Origin: a virus
Taxonomy: Duplodnaviria; Caudoviricetes
IMG/VR virus record: IMGVR_UViG_3300015370_000035
Coordinates: 1 to 30,605 of that record
DNA length: 30,605 bases
Direction: 5' to 3' (one strand)
Shown piece by piece: positions 1-8,402 of this stretch. The notes beneath the pieces are model-generated. The model was not told the DNA's origin. It worked only from the letters and a program-made list of their open reading frames with translations, and made no database searches. The translations under genes were made by a program, and so were the position numbers. Each line of letters starts with the position of its first letter. The first letter of the stretch is position 1.

Positions 1-16
1 AGGGACATCTATCCTC

Positions 17-406
17 CTAGCGTTTCCAAATACTTACTATTGATGTTACAAATGCACTAAACATTGCTATAAATATATATATATTAAAACTGAACTTATT
101 GCAGTAATATAGAACACACAAACAACCAACTATAAATAAAGCAAGAGAAGTTAGGCTATATACAATTCTACCGAGAAATGTTAACCCATCACCGACATCA
201 TCTATTCTTTCTCTGTTTTGTGATATTTCTGTCTGTATCAAGCTATCCTTGAGTTGCATTTTCTCAACTGTTTCCTTTAGTTCTCTAGTGGCTTTATTCT
301 GATTAACTACTCCCATAGCTATGAACTTTATTGGCTTTGAAACCTTCCACTTGTTTATCTCTTCTTCTTTTATGTCTATAGTGAATCCGTTGCTTCCGTT
401 TGCCAT
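17..406 (-). CDS. Membrane protein with coiled coil and two C-terminal TM helices (possible holin)
   Basis: 129 aa; hydrophobic segments IVYSLTSLALFIVGCLCVLYY and FNIYIFIAMFSAFVTSIVSIW; late operon; AAGGGG RBS. Holin role is inference only. Confidence 0.55.
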   Translation of the reverse strand: MANGSNGFTIDIKEEEINKWKVSKPIKFIAMGVVNQNKATRELKETVEKMQLKDSLIQTEISQNRERIDDVGDGLTFLGRIVYSLTSLALFIVGCLCVLYYCNKFSFNIYIFIAMFSAFVTSIVSIWKR

Positions 407-428
407 TATTGCCCCTTTTCTATAATAA

Positions 429-599
429 TTATGCGGTTAATGTAGCCAACAAGTCTGACCTTTCGTTACTTAATTGACCGACCTCGAGAGCCTTTAGCCT
501 CATTAATTCTGTTATTTTAATCAATCTCACCTTTGCCACATCATCATCTGCGACAGTTATCGCCTCTAATTGACTTTCTAATTCTGCACTTAACGCCAT
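429..599 (-). CDS. Small helical hypothetical protein (56 aa, MALSAELESQLEAI...LLATLTA)
   Basis: Not in the ORF track; hand translated; GGAGG RBS; fills the gap between neighbours. Confidence 0.7.
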   Translation of the reverse strand: MALSAELESQLEAITVADDDVAKVRLIKITELMRLKALEVGQLSNERSDLLATLTA

Positions 600-600
600 C

Positions 601-1041
601 CTACCTCCCTATAATAGTTATTCTATAACCTGTGCCAGCAGACCATTGCAATGTATTTCCGTCCCCTACAAGACTTACACCTCTGACCAATCCTATGTTT
701 ACCCATTTGAAATCTGTTGCTATCTTTCTCATCATTCCAACTCCACACCTTGTTGCATCTGCATTATAAAGCGGTCCAAAACCAAAAGAAAACGAAAGTA
801 TCTGGCTGAATAGTGCTGTTCCCGTAGGTGTTCCGTCAAGTGTAAGATAGATTGTATCTTCCCCAGCGGCATCCGTTACTCCGGTATCTACAAACATTTT
901 TATACCGGTAGTTATAGTTGGAACTAAGTTTGTGCCTGAATTGTAAACAGTTATGCTCGACGGCATTGAGACTATCTGTCCGCAAAAAGCATTACCGCAA
1001 ATTATCAAAAACAATGCTAAAGACATTAAAACTATTTTCAT
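601..1041 (-). CDS. Secreted beta-rich hypothetical protein (possible virion accessory protein)
   Basis: Signal-peptide-like N-terminus MKIVLMSLALFLIICGNAFC; Thr/Gly rich; G-rich RBS. Confidence 0.65.
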   Translation of the reverse strand: MKIVLMSLALFLIICGNAFCGQIVSMPSSITVYNSGTNLVPTITTGIKMFVDTGVTDAAGEDTIYLTLDGTPTGTALFSQILSFSFGFGPLYNADATRCGVGMMRKIATDFKWVNIGLVRGVSLVGDGNTLQWSAGTGYRITIIGR

Positions 1042-1050
1042 CCCACCCCC

Positions 1051-2325
1051 TCAATATATCACTAATTTTCGTTTTTTGTTAGGTTCGATATACACAATTC
1101 CACCAGATGGAAAATAAGCATTGTAATATTCCGTGAATGTTAAAACATCAACCTGCCCTGCGTCCTCGTATGTTTTAATATGGTCGCTTATAGCTTGAAA
1201 TAGTGAAGCGGTGCAGTCTGAACTGCTTGCAGTTACTTCCTGAACATTGTGAAAAAGCATAACCATCAATCCCTTTCTTTGCAAAACGAACGTATCTATT
1301 ATTGAACAGGCAACCTGAGTGTTGGCTATATTCCTATCTACATTATAGGTTTTTAAATTATGCTCTGCCCATCCATCAAATTCTATATGAGCCTGATTGG
1401 GATGAACTACGGAATTTGAGGACATCGTGTGGTTCTCCTTTACCTTCTGAACCACTGTATCGTTAAAATTGCCACCGGGATATGAGAAGAACTTATAACC
1501 CCTGTTAAACCCATTATCCGTAAGCCAGGTCTGCCCCCAACTCAACTCTGTGTCTATTGCCGTGCCTATGAGCGTCAAATCGTTGGGGTGGTCATAGGAA
1601 TGGTTACATATGTCCCATCCTGCGTTGTAGAGGTTTGTAAGCGAATCTGTGTCTATCTTCGTCCCAGTCCCAACCCACGCAGGAACAACCATCACGTTGC
1701 CCTTTTGGCTGTTTGCCGCCATTATGACAGCTGCCGTATCGTGCTGTCCCTGATAACCATCGTCAAAGCGGAATATGATTACCGGCTTAGCATCGTAGTT
1801 TACGCACAGATTGTCCATCGTAACCGTGCCGGAGGTGCCGAATATGGTAGGTTTGAGGCGTATCTTTGACACTGTGTCAGACCACGTCATACCGCCTGAG
1901 GCTGTGAAATCGCTCTGAACTGCAACATATCTATGCCATCCGTATACTCCGGGCTTTCCCTCAACAAACTGTCCTGTAAAGTATTTCGTTGCATCATTAA
2001 ATAGATATATGTAGAAGTTTGCTATTGATGTAGTATCAAGCCATACATCTATGCGAATACTTACAGTATTTGAGAAATCATAATTCAACCCACTCTTATC
2101 AGTAAAGGGTGCATTGTTGTTTGCTATGTTAAATCTTAATCCCTGTGTCCCTTGTGTAAAATTAACAAGGTCTGTGGTCTGCGTTGTGTTTGCAGATTGC
2201 AGTGCCCATCCGCTCAAATCCTCAAAATCCTCTATGACAACTCCATCGCTTGTTACGAATGGATTTGACAAAGAATACAAACAGGGATATAAAAATATTG
2301 ATAAAACTACAAGTATCTTTTTCAA
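1051..2325 (-). CDS. Secreted polysaccharide deacetylase (NodB/CE4) with N-terminal carbohydrate-binding-like beta-sandwich
   Basis: CE4 motifs IIFRFDDG, ICNHSYDHP, FSYPGG, MLFHNV; N-terminal signal peptide; N domain from IEDFED to MDNL resembles a galactose-binding-like fold. Confidence 0.85.
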   Translation of the reverse strand: MKKILVVLSIFLYPCLYSLSNPFVTSDGVVIEDFEDLSGWALQSANTTQTTDLVNFTQGTQGLRFNIANNNAPFTDKSGLNYDFSNTVSIRIDVWLDTTSIANFYIYLFNDATKYFTGQFVEGKPGVYGWHRYVAVQSDFTASGGMTWSDTVSKIRLKPTIFGTSGTVTMDNLCVNYDAKPVIIFRFDDGYQGQHDTAAVIMAANSQKGNVMVVPAWVGTGTKIDTDSLTNLYNAGWDICNHSYDHPNDLTLIGTAIDTELSWGQTWLTDNGFNRGYKFFSYPGGNFNDTVVQKVKENHTMSSNSVVHPNQAHIEFDGWAEHNLKTYNVDRNIANTQVACSIIDTFVLQRKGLMVMLFHNVQEVTASSSDCTASLFQAISDHIKTYEDAGQVDVLTFTEYYNAYFPSGGIVYIEPNKKRKLVIY

Positions 2326-2339
2326 TTTTATCCTCTATT

Positions 2340-2873
2340 CTACTGTACTTTGTCCGCATATATTGAAATTGAGGTGATTGTGGAATCTACTGCATGAATC
2401 TTTATCGCAGGGTCTGTAAGCGTCAATCCATTAAAATCTGGAGTATACCACTTCTCAACTCCACTCAAAATAAGATACGAATAGGTCTCATTATCAACTG
2501 CGAAATATATGCTGTCTCCAGCCGTGCCTATCACATCTATAGTGATTGAACGCACGATACCGCTTATAGTAATTGTCTCTGCTGTAGTCGTAAACTTATT
2601 CTTTCCATCGTGATCATAAACCCTGCCAGCATCGGCAATCTCAATCGTACCCACGGTATCTCCAGTTCCAAGAGTCCAATCTCTTGAGGCTGTCAATGTA
2701 CCAGTTGTAATACTGGAAATAGTAACTGTACTATCTCCAAAACCATCAATTCTTACATCTAGTGCAGATGAATCGTTTTTTGTAACCCTATCCATAACCA
2801 AGTCCGCAAAACCTGCAAAAGCAACCGTGGGTAGAATCAAAGCTATTCCCACGATAAATAATATCTTACGCAT
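2340..2873 (-). CDS. Secreted Thr-rich hypothetical protein
   Basis: Start moved to ATG at 2873 (GGAGG at 2881-2885); signal peptide MRKILFIVGIALILPTVAFA. Confidence 0.7.
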   Translation of the reverse strand: MRKILFIVGIALILPTVAFAGFADLVMDRVTKNDSSALDVRIDGFGDSTVTISSITTGTLTASRDWTLGTGDTVGTIEIADAGRVYDHDGKNKFTTTAETITISGIVRSITIDVIGTAGDSIYFAVDNETYSYLILSGVEKWYTPDFNGLTLTDPAIKIHAVDSTITSISIYADKVQ

Positions 2874-2894
2874 TTTCTTACCTCCATTCATTAT

Positions 2895-3053
2895 TTAAGC
2901 TCTGACTTCTTTATCCACGCACCACCTATAGCAGTATCCCTCTGGGGAAAGTTCACTTCTATAGAACTTCCACCCACAACGTTTACAGCGTTCGAGAACG
3001 TCAGTTCCCTTGTTAAATTTTTCTCTCTTTATCTTTCTTATTTCCATAGACAT
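2895..3053 (-). CDS. Small Zn-finger protein (52 aa; CKRC...CYRWC)
   Basis: Not in the ORF track; hand translated MSMEIRKIKREKFNKGTDVLERCKRCGWKFYRSELSPEGYCYRWCVDKEVRA. Confidence 0.65.
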   Translation of the reverse strand: MSMEIRKIKREKFNKGTDVLERCKRCGWKFYRSELSPEGYCYRWCVDKEVRA

Positions 3054-3061
3054 TTAATTTA

Positions 3062-3096
3062 CCTAAGAGAAGAGAAGGGGGCAGATATATGCCCCC
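3062..3096 (-). terminator. GC hairpin, probable weak intrinsic terminator
   Basis: Minus strand GGGGGCA-TATATC-TGCCCCC followed by pyrimidine tract TTCTCTTCTCTT, just after the stop at 3103. Confidence 0.55.
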
Positions 3097-3102
3097 ACCC
3101 CC

Positions 3103-3864
3103 CTATTGATTTGAACCTTTAATTCTTGCTTTGTAATAAATAACAGCATCTGTGGCAGCCCAAGCCGTTGCAGGATTATACGTATCGTATGTTCCATCCA
3201 CGGTTCCAGTAACATATCCACTCGTGCTTACATCTGCACCGTTTACTATAAGTTTGTATATGGTATCTCCGTAAACATCATTTGAAAGACCATACTTATA
3301 ACCATATCCTATACTTATAGTGTCTGCTGCACCAGCAGTCGTCCTAAATGCGGCATCTGTGGTAATCAGCGTAATAAGAGCAAACGCCTTGTTTGTAACT
3401 CTTGTAGTTATAGAATCAGCCACAAATGTACCAATGGCAACTGATTCATAATCAGAATTACCCTTTGCATTTACCCCATAAACTCCTATATTACCAGTAG
3501 ATGATAAATTTGCATTTCCATATGTGTAAATAGCTATGTTCAAGTTTCTTGGAACATCTGGTTGCACACAAACTGTTCCAGCACTTGAAATTTGGTCTAC
3601 CATAGTATTTGCTATAATGGATGTAGAATCTGGTACTGCAGGAGTGGGAATATACTCAACACAACGGACAATCAACCCAGTAATGTTACCATTATTATCA
3701 GCCTGAAATATAGTATCTCCAGATGTATTAAAAATAGCAAATGGAGGAAGATCCTCATCAACAAAAACAGGTTTTATTCTTAGTCTGTTAAAATCTGTTG
3801 GTCCTGCGAAACAAACTCCAGCAACCAAAAAACTTAACATTATTGAAAAAGCAATCTTTTTCAT
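3103..3864 (-). CDS. Probable virion decoration/minor structural protein with signal peptide
   Basis: Signal peptide MKKIAFSIMLSFLVAGVCFA; motifs PDVPRNL, KAF, DTISIGYG recall proteins encoded just after phage capsid genes (recognised from memory, unverified). Confidence 0.6.
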   Translation of the reverse strand: MKKIAFSIMLSFLVAGVCFAGPTDFNRLRIKPVFVDEDLPPFAIFNTSGDTIFQADNNGNITGLIVRCVEYIPTPAVPDSTSIIANTMVDQISSAGTVCVQPDVPRNLNIAIYTYGNANLSSTGNIGVYGVNAKGNSDYESVAIGTFVADSITTRVTNKAFALITLITTDAAFRTTAGAADTISIGYGYKYGLSNDVYGDTIYKLIVNGADVSTSGYVTGTVDGTYDTYNPATAWAATDAVIYYKARIKGSNQ

Positions 3865-3875
3865 CTCATCTCCTC

Positions 3876-4088
3876 CTACTTATTATTTTTTCCCTTCTTT
3901 ACTTCTTTCGGAGCCTTTTCCATCACAATCAAATCACTGCACTGTTTCTTTACTGTTTTACACTCAACATATCCATTCTGTTCCATTTCATACACATTCT
4001 CTGGTCTAACGCAACGATAAGAATATCCTTCTTTCTTATCTATAACTGGCATCTGTCCAAAAATCTTCGTAGCCACTTTACCCTCCAT
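3876..4088 (-). CDS. Small head-operon protein, apparent paralog of 6948..7340
   Basis: GYSYRCVR...EQNGYV...DLIVME aligns with the 130-aa protein; true start may be GTG at 4076 (GGAGG 5 nt upstream). Confidence 0.7.
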   Translation of the reverse strand: MEGKVATKIFGQMPVIDKKEGYSYRCVRPENVYEMEQNGYVECKTVKKQCSDLIVMEKAPKEVKKGKNNK

Positions 4089-4090
4089 AT

Positions 4091-4120
4091 GGGGGAGAGG
4101 GATTTAATTCCCCCTCCCCG
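4091..4120 (-). other. 11-bp stem-loop after the capsid gene (mRNA-stabilising or attenuating hairpin)
   Basis: Minus strand GGGGAGGGGGA-ATTAAA-TCCCTCTCCCC; no U-tract follows. Confidence 0.6.
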
Positions 4121-4130
4121 TTAATTCTAT

Positions 4131-5033
4131 TTATGCACCCGCACAACCATAATACCCAATCCAGTCAGTCCAACCAACGCTGAACCTAAGGAAAATCATG
4201 AAATTAGTTGTCTGTGATTTCATAACATCTTCAGCTTCCATTCTGGGTTGTTCTCTCCAGAAGAAGTTGAGTGAATGCTGGTCTTTCGCAGCAAGCAATT
4301 TCCAACTGTCAGTATCTGAAATGTGTGGATTTACTATGAGATTGAGACCCTTTCCAAGAATTACATTTGTTTCGTTGTTACCTGTATAGGGCTTCAGATT
4401 GGACTGCAGGAGCTCCATACCTACCCACTGGTTCGCAGTAGGAACAAGCAATGTCTGTGCTCTCAATCCTATGACCTGACCATTATGACCAAGCGTTGAC
4501 TCTATATCCGTAAGAGCCTGCTGTAATGATGTCGGACTTAAATCTGCATCTGTGGATAAGGTGTTCTGTTCGGTTCCACCAGAACCAACAAGGGGATGGT
4601 CTGTCGCAGCAAGAACCTTTCCATCGGGTCCAGTGTATGCAGCAGTAGTATCCCTGTTTATTATATTTGTAGCTTCAACATCAACCGTAAGAGCAGCGGA
4701 CCTAGCTATCGCAGCTGGAATCCTCTTTATAACGTTCTTGAGGTCGTCACTCATAAGTTCATGAGACACATTCAGGTAAATCGAATATGCCTTATGGGTA
4801 TACGTCTTGTCATACCCCTGCGTCAATGAACCCTCACTCGCATCAGTTGACTCAACCTTCTCAGGTATCAGTCCTATCGAAGCGATACCAGTTTCCTTCT
4901 CCTCTTTCTGCGTAGATGACATAACATTGAAAATCTTGTCATAATACGTAGGAAGTTGACTATACTTTAAAAACACAGCATCCCTAAACGCCGGATTTAA
5001 CAAATCTGCATAACCTGACCTTATCATTCCCAT
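4131..5033 (-). CDS. Major capsid protein (HK97 fold, Mu gpT-like family)
   Basis: 300 aa; family-typical pattern LLNP...YDKIFNV..S.QKEE, ELMSDDL, GPDGKVL..TDHPL, DLSPTSL, LLVP, NPHISDTDSW, RFSVGWTDW..YG; downstream of portal and scaffold. Confidence 0.88.
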   Translation of the reverse strand: MGMIRSGYADLLNPAFRDAVFLKYSQLPTYYDKIFNVMSSTQKEEKETGIASIGLIPEKVESTDASEGSLTQGYDKTYTHKAYSIYLNVSHELMSDDLKNVIKRIPAAIARSAALTVDVEATNIINRDTTAAYTGPDGKVLAATDHPLVGSGGTEQNTLSTDADLSPTSLQQALTDIESTLGHNGQVIGLRAQTLLVPTANQWVGMELLQSNLKPYTGNNETNVILGKGLNLIVNPHISDTDSWKLLAAKDQHSLNFFWREQPRMEAEDVMKSQTTNFMIFLRFSVGWTDWIGYYGCAGA

Positions 5034-5038
5034 CGTAA

Positions 5039-6388
5039 TTACCTCCTTTTTATTGTTGAAAACAAAACCTTACTTTCCTTAACACCTTCTTTTACTTCTA
5101 TCTTTGCTTCTTCTATATTGTCCTTACCTGCTTTTTCTATTAGCCCCCTTAAATCTTCCTCACTATAAATCCTTTCATGTTCTGCGGCAGCTGTCTGTGA
5201 AAGATTAACTGTCGGTGTTAACAGGATTATGTACCCTCCGTGTTTAGCCATTTCTATTGCTGCTTTTAAAAAACCTTCGTCATTCTTTATGTGCTCAAGA
5301 GTATGAACCAATAAAACATAATCATATTTATCTTTATTTTCATTTACTATTTCTTGGTTGATACTTTCAAAATCAACCTTCTTGGCTTTCATACCTTGTG
5401 AACGAAGACCCTCTATAGCCCCAAGTGAAAAATCCCAACCCTCCACATCACAGTTCTTTTCCTTTATAAGTCTATTAAGAAGAGCACCGCAGGCAGAACC
5501 TAACTCCAAAACCTTGGAGCCCTTATCTACCAAATTAACGATATCCGTATACTCTGGTATTAGGTTTGTTCTGTTTACCCAGCCGAGAGGTTCCTCTCTC
5601 CAAATCTTATTCCAATAAGATTCACTCTTGGCTTGCTTCTTTACGGTTTCCTCTTCTTTCTTATCAATGTCGGAGTTGTAGTATGAATCTACGCTAATGC
5701 TATTTACAATCCTATTTTCCATATGACCGCATTGAACATTTTTGTCTATCCATACCTTGTATCCGGCTTTCTTAACTTTATCACAAAAGAGTATATCGTG
5801 CCCAACAGCTCTACTACCTAATTTGTAGTCCCACTTGTCCTCAAAACAATTAACCCCTATCTTCTCTATTACTTCTCTCTTTACTAGGATACAACCGAAT
5901 CCAACCCAGTCTACGCCTATAAGGTTATTGTTCTTTTTTTCGAGCTTGATTTTACCATTGGGATTGTCTAACGGATAATATGAATCCTTGAAGAAATCTC
6001 CGCTAGAGTTTATGTATTTCCTTTTGACATTTAGTATACCGTTTTCAACCAAAACATTGTATGCGTTCCAACCTGCTACTATTGAGTATGGTGTATATTT
6101 AAGGTGATACTGACCGCTTACAACCGGTTCATCATTTGATAACAGTTGCGGTATAATGTCTATCGGAAACATCATGTCTATATCCATATAAAGGATATAT
6201 TCTGCACCCCAATCCATTGCGGCTTTTGTAACATCGTTAAGTGACTGTGACTTTATCGTAGCTATTCCACGGAATGCCCTCCAATTATCGGGTTTCAGTA
6301 TTGCACTGAAGTTCCAGAAGAAATCGGAGAGCACATAATCCTGGTTATTACAAAGAGCTAGTGCTACTTTTTTATTTTTCCACTCCAT
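5039..6388 (-). CDS. GT-A (GT2-like) glycosyltransferase fused to class I SAM methyltransferase
   Basis: DxD motif YILYMDIDM, VGFGCILVKREVIEK, HDILFC; C-terminal VLELGSACG, GWDFS, YDYV...HTLEHI. Confidence 0.88.
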   Translation of the reverse strand: MEWKNKKVALALCNNQDYVLSDFFWNFSAILKPDNWRAFRGIATIKSQSLNDVTKAAMDWGAEYILYMDIDMMFPIDIIPQLLSNDEPVVSGQYHLKYTPYSIVAGWNAYNVLVENGILNVKRKYINSSGDFFKDSYYPLDNPNGKIKLEKKNNNLIGVDWVGFGCILVKREVIEKIGVNCFEDKWDYKLGSRAVGHDILFCDKVKKAGYKVWIDKNVQCGHMENRIVNSISVDSYYNSDIDKKEEETVKKQAKSESYWNKIWREEPLGWVNRTNLIPEYTDIVNLVDKGSKVLELGSACGALLNRLIKEKNCDVEGWDFSLGAIEGLRSQGMKAKKVDFESINQEIVNENKDKYDYVLLVHTLEHIKNDEGFLKAAIEMAKHGGYIILLTPTVNLSQTAAAEHERIYSEEDLRGLIEKAGKDNIEEAKIEVKEGVKESKVLFSTIKRR

Positions 6389-6410
6389 TTTTAAATCCCC
6401 CCAATGTTAA

Positions 6411-6935
6411 TTATACAGCAGAGTTTACTCCACCTTTGTAGAAGTGTCTGTCAATCTTCACAATCCACTTTCTATTGGCAGTTCCCTCTTCATTCTTAAC
6501 ATCCCTATAAACTCCAACAACCTTTATTGCATGAGTCGTAGAAGCAGCAGCACCAGAAATGTCCATTTCCTGCTTGGACAAACCAGTTCCGGTATTTCCA
6601 GTCGTCAAGATAAGGGGAGCCGTTTCACCAATCAGGTCATCGTTGATATCTGAAGTCGTAACTCCAGCACCATCGTCCTGAATTATGAACTCATCGTTGG
6701 GATCAGCATAAACCCACACTGTTACAGCGGGAGTTGTTGCAGCTGGAATGTAGTTCGCAGCCACACCTATAACCTTGAGATTACCAGTCGTGGTTGTTAT
6801 TGATTTTACTCTTCCACCTGAACCCATCTGAACCACATCTCCCTGAAATATCGCCGTAGTTACACCGGCTTCATACGCCTTTTTAGGGGATACATTGAAC
6901 GGTCTGAGACCATTCGGATTGTCTATATTCGCCAT
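6411..6935 (-). CDS. Capsid cement/decoration protein
   Basis: MANIDNPNGLRP...AIFQGDVV...GVA...DP..EF.IQ, typical of the gene that precedes this capsid family. Confidence 0.7.
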   Translation of the reverse strand: MANIDNPNGLRPFNVSPKKAYEAGVTTAIFQGDVVQMGSGGRVKSITTTTGNLKVIGVAANYIPAATTPAVTVWVYADPNDEFIIQDDGAGVTTSDINDDLIGETAPLILTTGNTGTGLSKQEMDISGAAASTTHAIKVVGVYRDVKNEEGTANRKWIVKIDRHFYKGGVNSAV

Positions 6936-6947
6936 ATTGCCTCCTAT

Positions 6948-7340
6948 TTAGTTTTTTGTTTCTTTAACAGAAACATTTACACCATCATTACCCAGCATAC
7001 TCGATATCTGCTGCTTTGCACCTTCGTTTAACTTTTTTACTCCTGACAACATATCCGTCTTTACCTGCTTTGCGAGCTTTCTCTTTTCGTTAATTTCAAT
7101 CGATGTTTCCATGAGAATAAGCTCTTTCTTTTCCCCTGTCTTTCTACCCCATTCTTCAGGATTAGATACAACGTATCCGCTATCCTCTAAATCCTCAACC
7201 CTATCTTTCCTTACCCATCTTGCTCTAAAACCAGGTTTCTGTTTCCTCATTTTCATGGAGTTTGGTTTAAGAAACTCCATAACTACCTTTGCACTCATTT
7301 CTGTGTTTTCTGTTTTTTTCGGTCTGCCCCGTGATGCCAT
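6948..7340 (-). CDS. Conserved head-operon hypothetical protein (PG.R.RWVR motif)
   Basis: 130 aa; lies between scaffold and cement genes; AGGAGG RBS. Confidence 0.7.
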   Translation of the reverse strand: MASRGRPKKTENTEMSAKVVMEFLKPNSMKMRKQKPGFRARWVRKDRVEDLEDSGYVVSNPEEWGRKTGEKKELILMETSIEINEKRKLAKQVKTDMLSGVKKLNEGAKQQISSMLGNDGVNVSVKETKN

Positions 7341-7352
7341 TTTATCCTCCTT

Positions 7353-8153
7353 TTATTTATCCAACTTCATATCAAACAAGGGACGCCTTTCTTCGGGTCT
7401 CTTGTTCATATCTTCCTTTGATTCCTTGTACGCTTTCTCTGAAACTCCAAGTCTATCAGCCCACTTCTTTTCATCTGCATTCAATTCATTGGACTTACCT
7501 CTAGGCTGAACACTTGAACTTTCTCTGAAATAATCCTCTATGTTACCCTTCCCATCTTCACTTTCACCTATTTGTTTCATTTTTTCAAACCCCAATTTTG
7601 ATATTGCGAACTCGAACGCTTCCTGAGGGTCATCAAACCTTTCACCTAACCCACCCTCCCTTATCATTCTGCTTACTTCAGCCTTGAACTGGCTTTTCTT
7701 GGGATACGTTTTCTTCCAGAATATATTGTCTTCATAATAATCATTAGCCATCTCTGCAACTTCTACAGCCTTTGTAAGTTTAAGAAACTCTTTCTGTAAT
7801 ACAGCGGAGTTCTCTTCTTTTGCTATCTTCTTCATAACATCTATGGGATTCTCCCAAACCTTTTCATTTGTAAGTTCGGTATCTTCCACTTTGGTTTCCT
7901 TCTCTCTTGGTTTTGCAGCTTCAGCCAAAACGTTATTAAGTCTCTCTATCTCTCCAGCAAGTTCCTGATTCTTCGTGGAAACCTCGTTAATCTTAGTTTC
8001 CGTCTCTTTTGTCTTTGCAACATATTTGTCAAGTCTATACTTTGGAACCCACGGAACCTTCTCACCCTTCTTGTTTTCCCTTATTTCCTCTTCTGTCTCT
8101 TCGTGCTGTTCTTCGTTATTCTCTTCAGCTTTTTCTTCCTGCCCCTCTTCCAT
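7353..8153 (-). CDS. Probable capsid scaffolding protein
   Basis: Acidic N-terminus, VPKYRL motif, coiled coil, C-terminal LNADEKKWADRLGVSEKAY; between portal and capsid. Confidence 0.7.
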   Translation of the reverse strand: MEEGQEEKAEENNEEQHEETEEEIRENKKGEKVPWVPKYRLDKYVAKTKETETKINEVSTKNQELAGEIERLNNVLAEAAKPREKETKVEDTELTNEKVWENPIDVMKKIAKEENSAVLQKEFLKLTKAVEVAEMANDYYEDNIFWKKTYPKKSQFKAEVSRMIREGGLGERFDDPQEAFEFAISKLGFEKMKQIGESEDGKGNIEDYFRESSSVQPRGKSNELNADEKKWADRLGVSEKAYKESKEDMNKRPEERRPLFDMKLDK

Positions 8154-8171
8154 TTATCCTCCTATATTATA

Positions 8172-8402
8172 CTACCTCTTAACTATCTCTCTCAAAACTC
8201 TGAGTAGATTTTCAGCTAGGGTGCTATCTTCAATTATTTGTGCGAGTCTTCCTTGAATAAACCTGAGTTCCCCAGGGTCTTTTTCGGAAGTAAGGTCTCC
8301 AAGCAGAGTTCCCTTAACTCTTTCAAACTCTTCTTTTATTACCTCATTTGCACCGCTTCTTACAAAACTTTCAAGCTCTTCTACTTTTTGGGATTCATCC
8401 AT
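8172..8402 (-). CDS. Small helical protein after portal
   Basis: 76 aa; LRFIQGR motif; abuts the portal stop codon. Confidence 0.7.
   Translation of the reverse strand: MDESQKVEELESFVRSGANEVIKEEFERVKGTLLGDLTSEKDPGELRFIQGRLAQIIEDSTLAENLLRVLREIVKR

Noticed and set aside
4551-4559. Perfect DnaA box (TGTGGATAA) inside the capsid gene
   Set aside because: A single isolated 9-mer in coding sequence, plausibly chance.
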